A stretch of DNA of 64,000 nucleotides. Source: Octopus vulgaris (taxonomy: Eukaryota). Every line of letters starts with the position of its first letter. Positions within the stretch are counted from its first letter, which is position 1. Under the pieces are notes generated by a model. The model saw nothing but the letters and a program-made list of their open reading frames with translations, did no database searches and was not told where the DNA came from. The position numbers were made by a program, and so were the translations under genes. The stretch covers positions 29,698,001 to 29,762,000 of the forward strand of contig OX597831.1 of the NCBI GenBank assembly GCA_951406725.2. The letters are read 5' to 3'. Of the stretch, positions 53,848 to 64,000 are shown piece after piece.

Positions 53848-54575
53848 GGTGTAGGAGTGACTGTGTGGTAAGTAGCTTGTTTACCAACCACATAGTTCCG
53901 GGTTCAGTCCCACTGCATGGCACCTTGGGCAAGTGTCTTCTACTATAGCCTCGGGTCGACCAAAGCCTTCTGAGTGGATTTGGTAGACGGAAACTGAAAG
54001 AAGCCCGTCGTATATATGTATATATATGTTTATATATGTATGCGTGTATGTTTGTGTTTGTCCCCCTAGCATTGCTTGACAACCGATGCTGATGTGTTTA
54101 TGTCCCCGTCACTTAGCGGTTCGACAAAAGAGACCGAAAGAATAAGTCCCAGGGTCGAATTGCTCGATTTAAGGCGGTGCTCCAGCATGGCCGCAGTCAA
54201 ATGACTGAAACAAGTAAAAGAGTAAAAGAGTATATATCGCAGGCGCGGCTGTGTGGTAAGAAGCTCTCTTCTCAAACACATGGTCCCGGGTTCAGTTCCA
54301 CCGCGTGGCACCTTAGACATGTGTCTTCAACTATAGCTTCAGGTGAGTGGATTTATTTGACGGAAACTGAAAGAAGCCCGTCGTATATATGTATGTATGT
54401 TTATTTTGTGTGTCTGTGTTCCTCACCATCGCTTGACAACCGATGTTGGTGTGTTTACGTCCTCGTAACTTAGCCGATACTAGGCTTGCAAAGAATAAGT
54501 CCTGGGGTCGATTTGTTCGACTAAAGGCAGTGCTTCAACATGGCCGCAGTCAAATGACTGAAATAAGTAAAAGAA
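53848..54575 (+). mobile_element. Two head-to-tail SINE family A copies
   Basis: 53848-54230 and 54241-54575, each with head, microsatellite and tail. Confidence 0.88.
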
Positions 54576-54747
54576 TATATACATGTTTTTCCGATGGCCG
54601 GATAACTAGACATGGTGGCGTGGATTTCCACCTCGGAGTTTTATCTTGGCTACCGAATTATTGTCACATATTACTTTTACAGATAAATTCCCCTAATTAC
54701 ACAATATCGAGGTCTCTTTCTTTCTTTTGTTATCTTACCGTTTTTAT

Positions 54748-54796
<49 letters not shown>

Positions 54797-55361
54797 CACA
54801 TATTTGCCATTTGAATATGGCTAACCGCTAAGGGTGGATGCTACTGTAGTTTGTAGCCCCAGGAAGATATCTCCACCAGCTGGCTATAGACACACTATCT
54901 GTGTCCTCTCAGTATTTGTGAAGGGAAGTATATATATATATACACACACACATATATGTATACATGAAAATTTCATGTTTGTGTGCGTGTATGCTTGGAT
55001 GTATTTATGTATGTCCGTCTGTCTGTCTGTATGTTTGTATGTATGTATGTATGTATGTATGGGTATCTACTGTGCACAAAGTAATATGAATTACATTGGA
55101 ACATGGTGAGAAAAATACTGTATATATAGTATGAAACAAAATTCTCCAGGACTGTTAATGTCGTTACTCAGAGTTTTTACCAAATGGCTATGTTGTGATA
55201 TCAGTGATAAACCGTGTTCAAAAGACCAAAATACACACGTGCAGATATTTAAGCGTTTGTTTTCTATCATAGGCTACGGAATCTAGGGACGATAAAGTTC
55301 TAGGGTAATATGATCCTTTAACTGAATCATCTGGGTAACAAATTCCTGGTTATATATATTC

Positions 55362-55395
<34 letters not shown>

Positions 55396-55469
55396 GTATG
55401 TATGTATAAATATATATATGTATATATATATAAGTAGATAGAGATACGTATATATATATATATACATAC

Positions 55470-55508
<39 letters not shown>

Positions 55509-55831
55509 CACACACATACATATATATAATGTATGTATGTATATCAAAATATATACATATATGTTTATATGTGTATAGCAATAAATATTATCAGTAATTT
55601 CTTCTTCAATCGGCATAAATTAGTGATTTCAAGGAAAATAGTTTGTAACGGAAGAGGACAAAATGACTCAAAGGCGGTGGGGATGAGTGTAATTAGTTAG
55701 ATACCTATTGTTTGACGGCTTGCTAACAGGATCGTTAGCACGTCGGACAAAATGCTCAACAGCCTTCAATGCCACCGAAGTCAACTTTGTCATTCTTCAT
55801 TTCAGAGTTGATAGAATAAGCACCAGTTGAG

Positions 55832-56040
55832 CCCCACCTGCAAGGTCATTCGCTGTTTATCTTGATATGAGATCACCATGTCGCACACATATGGTTGTGA
55901 TGCATGTGCTCGGTGTACCCTTATCAGAAGGGTAGTCATGATGGGTATACTGGGCTTCGTATATTTTACCCCAGTGTCACTCTGATGACATGCACTGCTC
56001 TCTCACTCAATAATAATAATAATAAATGAAATAATAGTTG

Positions 56041-56126
<86 letters not shown>

Positions 56127-56625
56127 TGAGAGAGCAATACGAATCCCAATATACCCATCACCACTACCCGCCTGCTAAGGGTATATCATGCACATGCATC
56201 ACAACCATATGTGCGCGACATGGTGATTTTATGTCAAGATAAACAGCACATGAACTTGCAGATGGGGCCCAGTTAGAATTTTCTTTAAGTCGAGTAGCCC
56301 ATCCCACTCAAAAGGTCCCCCTGAATAAGGGTTGTTTAACGACGTTGAATGAAACACCGTCCATGCTTCCAGAGGCGAATTAACCAAACCCCACATAATT
56401 CCTCTTATCACATAGCTATGATGCTCCCCCACTACCTCTGCTCATGATCAGAGATGCACATATCGTCAACCACCAAGGAACATGCTCAATTGGTTAAGAG
56501 CAAACAACTGACAAGTAAATCTGTGATATTGAACAGAATATTTGCCGTAGCCCATCTTTTATACCAAGAAAAGACGTGCATGATAACACTTCCAATCAGT
56601 TAAGATTAGAAGCCACGAGAGTCAC
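55832..56625. mobile_element. Tail-to-tail pair of family F copies around (AAT)n/(TTA)n
   Basis: 55832-56025 plus and 56121-56625 minus. Confidence 0.85.
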
Positions 56626-56829
56626 TGTTGTTGTTGTTTCTGCTGCTGTCATTATCATCATTTTCTTTGGTCTTGCTGGTTTGTGTTATGTTATTCTTCA
56701 TATTAGAAGAGCGACAATAACTCAATTTCAAATAACTTCTATAAAACGCATTCCAGTTTTACAATGCTTCACGATGCTTCGCGATGTATTGATCGACTAT
56801 CGTTTAGTTATTTTGTATCTTGTATTTGT

Positions 56830-56893
56830 TTCGGGCTGACCGAAAGCCTTGTGAGTGGATTTGGTAGACGGAAATCGAAAGAAGCCCGTCGTA

Positions 56894-56949
<56 letters not shown>

Positions 56950-56989
56950 TGTGTGTGTTTATATATATATATATATATAAGTGTGTGTG

Positions 56990-57021
<32 letters not shown>

Positions 57022-57480
57022 GTGTGTGTGTATGTATATATATATATATATATATACGTGTGTGTGTGTCTTTGTGCCTATGTTTCTCCCCCAACTGCTC
57101 GAACTAGCGGTTTCGGTAATAGAGGCCGATAGAATGAATAAGGCCTGGGGTCGATATGTTCGACTAAAACGCTTGAAGATGGATCCCAGCATGGCCGCAG
57201 TCAAATGACTGAAACAAGTAAAAGAATAAAAGAATTTGTACATACCTCTATGAGCGTAAACATTTTTCTTTCTTTCTTTTCTTTTACTTGTTTCAGTCAT
57301 TTAACGGGGGCCGTGTTGGAGCACCGCCTTTAGTCGAACAAATCGACCCCAGGACTTATTTTCTGTAAGCCTACTAATTATTCTATTGGTCTATCTTGCC
57401 GAACCGCTAGGTGACGGGGACGTAAACACACCAGCATCGGTTGTCAAGCGAAGTTGGGAGAGCAAACACAGACACACAAA
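56830..57480. mobile_element. Tail-to-tail inverted pair of SINE A copies
   Basis: GCAGTCAAATGACTGAAACAAGTAAAAG (~57197-57224) faces CTTTTACTTGTTTCAGTCATTT (~57281-57302). Confidence 0.85.
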
Positions 57481-57496
57481 TATATACATGCAAAGC

Positions 57497-57551
<55 letters not shown>

Positions 57552-57552
57552 T

Positions 57553-57641
<89 letters not shown>

Positions 57642-57643
<2 letters not shown>

Positions 57644-57944
57644 GAGGCGCAATGGCCTAGTGGTTAGGGCAGCGGACTCGCGGTTGTAGGATCGCGGTTT
57701 CGATTCCCAGACCAGGCGTTGTGAGTGTTTATTGAGCGAAAACACCTAAAGCTCCATGAGGCTCCGGCAGGGGGGGGGGCAATCCCTGCTGTACTCTTTC
57801 GCCACAACTTTCTCTCACTCTTTCTTCTGTTGGCCTGCTCGCTTAGCCAGCGGGGTGGCGTCATTTAAAGGCTAAAACAATGCGAAGCGCATTGTGACCA
57901 GCGATGTGTAGCAACATCTGATAGCCTGGTCGGTCACGGTGATC
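57642..57944 (+). mobile_element. SINE family B, tail 1
   Basis: GGAGGCGCAATGGCCTAGTGGTTAGGGCAGCGGACTCGCGG..GGTTTCGATTCCC head. Confidence 0.9.
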
Positions 57945-58192
57945 AAAATTACAAAGAAGAGAAAAAGAACAGGGGAAAAGATAAGAAAAGAAGAACTAAG
58001 AAGTAAACGGAAGTGGGTAACCCATACATTCCATCTCTGACAATACATAAATATATATACGACGGTCTTCTTTTCAGTTTCCGTCTATCAAATCCACTTA
58101 CAAGGTACATGACCAAGGTACCACGCAGTGGGACCGAACCCGGAACCATGTGGTTGGCAAGCAAGCTACTTACCACACACCCACTCCTGCGC

Positions 58193-58253
<61 letters not shown>

Positions 58254-58821
58254 CAGGCATGAATATTCTCTCACACACACATAGGCTCATGTGTCCACAA
58301 TGCAGCATATGCGCACATAACAATTGTTCAAAAGATATACATACCATTCTACACAAGAGTTTAACCGCGTTAAATGCAAAAAAAAAAAAGACTAGAAAAA
58401 AATCGACTGAGTAAAATGTGTTTCATTTTAACAGCACCGATGCTGTGCTGCATTTACACTTGCACCAAAACGCACTGTTGCTTCACAAAGGAGCCATCAC
58501 ACAACGTTATTGTTCAACTACAAAGATTATACGATATAAAAGGTATTTCACTTTCAATGATCACAAGTAAATCTTCACGCAGAGTTGCTCTAAAAATGAT
58601 CCGATTTCAAAGGGAAACCATGGTAAAATCACGGTACACTTTCACATCGCTCCCATCTGTTTTAACAATAGGCACACATACACACATTTAGATATATATA
58701 TTATATTACATTATATATGTATATATATACATATATATATAATATATATACACGAATATATAGATATAGATATAAATATGAATATATGTATGTATGTGTT
58801 GATAGATAGACAGACAGACAG

Positions 58822-58901
<80 letters not shown>

Positions 58902-59127
58902 TGATAGATAGATAGATAGATGTTTGATTTCATGTTTAGTTATAAAAAAAGTTACTTCCATCTGAAGGCTTCCTGCAAACTTTTGTAGGGTATAAATATA
59001 TTTTTCTCTAACAAGAACAATGTCTACAGGACTTCAGAATTTCCCGCCAGATGAGCCGGCTTCTCTAAGCGAAACTTCGAAATGAATGTCAATACTATTC
59101 TCCTTAAAGAATGATATATATCATAAC

Positions 59128-59194
<67 letters not shown>

Positions 59195-59520
59195 GTATAT
59201 ATATAATATATATATGTATATATATAATATATATAGATATGTATATATATGTATATATATGATATACATACAAATATATATATATGGATGGATGTATATA
59301 TATATGTATATAGGTATATATATGTGGATATATGTATGTTTATGTGTATATATATGTATGTATATATATATATATGTGTGTGTGTTGATGTATATATATA
59401 TATATATATGTATATATTTGTATGTTGCATGTACATATGAAGCAATTCAAAAGCAAAAAGAAAATAAGCAAAAATAGAAAACAACAGAAGGCCGTTTACT
59501 GTGAATACTAGTGTGTAGAA

Positions 59521-59720
59521 GAGGGCGGTGAGCAGGTAGAATCGTTAGCACGCCGAGCAAAATGCTTAGCGGCATTTCGTCCGTTTTCACGTTCTGAGTT
59601 CAAATTCTGTCAAGGTCGACTTTGCCTTTCATCCTTTCGGGGTCGATTAAATAAGTGCCAGTTACTTATTTAATCGACTTACTTCTTCCCCAGAATTACT
59701 GTCCTTGTGCCAGCATTTGA
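59521..59720 (+). mobile_element. SINE family D, monomer with alternative tail
   Basis: Head, B box and Meta-like domain. Confidence 0.85.
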
Positions 59721-60146
59721 TTGTTTCTCAAAAATGGCGTAATTATTGGGAGAAAGTTATAGAATAAAAATATAACCGCTTCGACATATTTCTTCAGTGG
59801 ACAAACAGAATAAATTACAAAGTAAAGAAAAAGAAAAGGGGAAAAGATAAGAGAAGAAGAACTAAGAAGTAAACGGAAGTGGGTAACCCATACATTCTAT
59901 CTCTGACAATACATATGTAGTGTTCATCAGTAAAAAAGAGTGCTAGATAACATAGTTCAAATTAATGCAGGACAGGATGAGTAATCCAACAATGCCATTA
60001 ATTCTTAGTTTGACTCCAAACAATGAAAATTAACTCAGCTTGAACATGAAACTTGAGTTGCTGTCAAAAACAATTAACTCACTTTACGTGGAAAACATAG
60101 CTCTAAAACATATTGCGTATTTTCAAATTCTAAATCTATTAAACTA

Positions 60147-60302
<156 letters not shown>

Positions 60303-60333
60303 TATATACATATATATATATACATATATATAC

Positions 60334-60367
<34 letters not shown>

Positions 60368-60678
60368 ATGTGTGAGTGTGCGTGTGAATGTGTGTATGTA
60401 CACAAACATAAAAGTATGCGAGTATGTATGTTTGTACGTATCATATATATATAAAAAAATTTTCAGAATGCGATAAAAACCAAGGCAGTGAAGATTTTTT
60501 CTTTCTGAAAAAAATTTTTTTTTATATATATACACATGCTGATATATGACCTACGTTGGACTCCTTATTCGCATAATCACCAAACCTGGAGCTTAACTAT
60601 AATCTGGCCATACCACTTACTCAGCATTACCTGACACCTTTGAGTCTTACTGACACCATTACCTCTCATAACTTCTCA

Positions 60679-60766
<88 letters not shown>

Positions 60767-60767
60767 C

Positions 60768-60817
<50 letters not shown>

Positions 60818-60819
<2 letters not shown>

Positions 60820-61110
60820 GAGGCGCAATGGCCCAGTGGTTAGGGCAGCGGACTCGCGGTTTCGATTCCCAGACCGGGCGTTGTGAGTGTTTATTGAGTG
60901 AAAACACCTAAAGCTCCACGAGGCTCCGGCAGGGGATGGTGGCGATCCCTGCTATACTCTTTCGCCACAACTTTCTCTCACTCTTTCTTCTGTTGGCCTG
61001 GTCGCTTAGCCAGCGGGGTGGCGTCATTTGAAGGCTAAAACAATGCGAAGCGCATTGTGACCAGCGATGTGTAGCAACGTCTGATAGCCTGGTCGGTCAC
61101 GGTGATCACG

Positions 61111-61113
<3 letters not shown>
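60818..61113 (+). mobile_element. SINE family B, tail 1
   Basis: Matches 57642-57944; ends in (TCACGGTGA)2. Confidence 0.9.
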
Positions 61114-61162
<49 letters not shown>

Positions 61163-61516
61163 AATTGAGATAGGGGTTGTAAATGCAACCCTCCATGGGA
61201 TAACATATATCCAATATACTGCTAGTGAAGTACCCAACAAAGTTAATACATAAATGTTAAGGATTGCGATGCAATCAATTCATTTACTGTATTATATGGG
61301 CAAAGGTAAAATGATTTACCACAAATTACTAATACAAGATAAGAAAATGGAGAAATACATCTAAATCAAATATCAATTACCAGATAATACTCAATTACAT
61401 ACTTTATTAAACCACCACATAAGAGACTGTATGGTTAAACATAAAAAAGCAGAACAAATCAGTGTACATAAAGGAATGTATATAAAAAAATGTACATAAA
61501 AGAGTAATGTTGTATA

Positions 61517-61588
<72 letters not shown>

Positions 61589-61623
61589 CTGCATATATAT
61601 TTATGTATGTATGTATCTAACTA

Positions 61624-61698
<75 letters not shown>

Positions 61699-61914
61699 AT
61701 GTATGTATGTATGCATTATATAGTTATGTTATATTCTGTTTACAAACGTAGTCGAGTACAGTATAAAGGTCGTCCACTTTCAGATTTCACCCAGTACTGT
61801 CCGACAATAGTATTATACCTACTGCAAGATTTGTGTTGGGGCTTCTGTAGTATATGAATGGATAATTGAATAAGTTGGAGTCAATAAGGAGTACAGAGGA
61901 AGATTTATTTGTAA

Positions 61915-62015
61915 TCACTACAATTGTTTCCACGCAACGTAGTTCTCCAAGTTCGCTGGCATTTGGTTATATAACTGTTTCCCTGCGTTATGAGGTCTTG
62001 TGTTTCATCAGGTGA
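61915..62015 (-). ncRNA. Type I hammerhead motif with extended stem II region
   Basis: Minus: UCAC-CUGAUGA-(~74 nt)-GAAAC-AAUU-GUA-GUGA; stem I pairs and stem III is the palindrome ACAAUUGU. Confidence 0.65.
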
Positions 62016-62227
62016 CATATAAATATTGTTTTTGTTTTCCGTAAACTCAAATTTCTAGCTTCGACCGCATCCTTTCTAAGTGTCGTGGCTATGCGAGGTA
62101 GGAGTATCCATTCCGTATACGCACGCACACATACACACACACACGAACGCACACACATTTATGCGTATATACATATATGTATAAATATGTTTGTATATAC
62201 ATGCGTTTTATGGGCGCACTATTAAGC

Positions 62228-62265
<38 letters not shown>

Positions 62266-62396
62266 TGTATGCACACGTACACATATATGTATATTAATGT
62301 ATATATATATATATGTGTGTGTGTGTGTGAGTGCGTGTGTGTATGTAATTGCAAAATGTGTTTCTATAAAGAAATATGTACATATGTGTGTGTGTT

Positions 62397-62432
<36 letters not shown>

Positions 62433-62993
62433 AGCAGACAGACAGACGGATGGATGGATGGATGGATGGATGGATGGATAGACAGATAAGGTACATGTGT
62501 GTGTGTGCGTGCGCGCGCGCGTAGATAGATAGATAGATTACCCACCTTACACACTCAGGTGTAGCATTAATTAATACCAAGAGAATATGTCTGCTTTAGT
62601 ATTTACTCTAACGTAATTGCTTCATCTTTGTCTCATATTCTTAATTAAAAATTGGGTGTGCCTGCGTATATATACATGTGTGTGTGTGTGTGTATGTGTG
62701 CGCGCACATTATATCTATTTATACACATAAGTATGCATCTATACGTATCTATCTACCTTTCTATGTATATATATATCTATGTAACACACACAAATATACA
62801 TTTATGTACGCATATATACATGTATATACATCCACATATATTTACCTCTTCTTATATCTATTTATTTGTGTGTGTATATATACACAAATATATTTCTTAT
62901 TTATTCCTTATTTACTTGTTTCAATCAATAGAATGTGGCTCTGCTGGAGCAATACCTATATATGTATGTATATGTATGTACGTATATACACAC

Positions 62994-63039
<46 letters not shown>

Positions 63040-63074
63040 CATACATACATACATACATACATACATACAAACAT

Positions 63075-63571
63075 ACAACTTATAAACAAGGGCAAAAGAT
63101 ATCAACTTCAGTAAAGGGTAAAGACCCCCTTCGGTCATGAATGACCATGGGATTGCACCTAGAAAGTTACCCTCCTAGACACAAGTCCGGACAAGGTTGT
63201 TTATGGAAGACCAGCAGTCGCCCATGCATACCAGCCTCCCCTCTCCACGCCACCAGTGTTATTCAAGGGAAAGACAAAGGTCGATACAGCTTGGCACCAG
63301 TGACGTCGCAACTCATTTCTACAGCTGAGTGAACTGGAGCAACGTGAAATAAAGTGCTTTGCTCAAGAACACAACACGCAGCCCGGTCCGGGATTCGAGC
63401 TCACAACCTCACGATCGTAAGCTCGACGCTCTAACCACTGAGCCATGCGCCTTCAGTACGACGTGTATTTATAGTGAGTGTATAATGATATGTGGAAATT
63501 GACGAGTTAAAGTCTGTTATCAGCATATTGGCATGGAAAAAATTTTTCTTTTGCCCTTGCTTATAAGTTGT
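63075..63571. mobile_element. MITE-like element with 25-bp inverted repeats, containing a full SINE C (63121-63454, minus)
   Basis: ACAACTTATAAACAAGGGCAAAAGA and TCTTTTGCCCTTGCTTATAAGTTGT; CTTCAGTA flanks the SINE on both sides. Confidence 0.7.
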
Positions 63572-63659
63572 TTATAATTTTAACCTTTAAAGGTATATTA
63601 ATATGCTGCCACTTTTTGATGAAATTTTTTCGATATTAGTAGTATATATATATATATAC

Positions 63660-63937
63660 GCGGTCGGAGGATCGCGGTTTCGATTTCCAGACCGGGCGTT
63701 GTGTGTGTTTATTGAGCGAAGACACCTAAAGCTCCACGAGGCTCCGGCAGGGGGTGGGGGGTGGCGACCCCTGTTGTACTCTTTCGCCACAACTTTCTTT
63801 CACTCTCTCTTCCTGTTTCTTGAGTAACGCTGCGATGGACTGGCGATCCGTCCAGCTGGGGGGGGGGGGACATATACGTCACAGAAACCGGGAAACCGGG
63901 CCAATGAGCCTGGCTAGGCTTGAAAAGGGAGCATAAA
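63660..63937 (+). mobile_element. SINE family B, tail 2, 5'-truncated
   Basis: Matches reverse of 15905-16205. Confidence 0.85.
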
Positions 63938-64000
63938 TAAAAAAAAATATATGTATACATATATATAGATATATATGCATGCATATACATATATACATAT

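Noticed and set aside
55983-55989. CTGATGA within a family F copy
   Set aside because: No downstream stem II or GAAA; not a hammerhead
57642-57720. tRNA gene-like sequences at SINE heads
   Set aside because: A and B boxes are present but the acceptor stem is not intact and each continues into a multi-copy SINE body

Overview
This is non-coding, repeat-saturated eukaryotic DNA with no recognisable host protein-coding gene. Its extreme microsatellite load and tRNA-derived SINE families resemble a cephalopod (octopus-type) genome; that is inference from memory, not a search. Almost all listed ORFs are microsatellite read-throughs. Real content: (1) at least four modular tRNA-headed SINE families; (2) LINE fragments (Tx1/L1-like, I-group, RTE, R4/Dong-like), several sitting in specific microsatellites; (3) a split Tigger4/Zombi-like pogo transposon and several MITEs; (4) tandem repeats and palindromes. 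The most notable signal is about a dozen minimal type I hammerhead-ribozyme motifs in Penelope-like/retrozyme-like repeat ends. These include a perfect 150-bp palindrome with a hammerhead on each strand, a U3-A8 compensatory core variant, a long-stem-II form, and a tandem ~340-bp retrozyme-like pair. Coordinates were read by eye and repeat boundaries are approximate.
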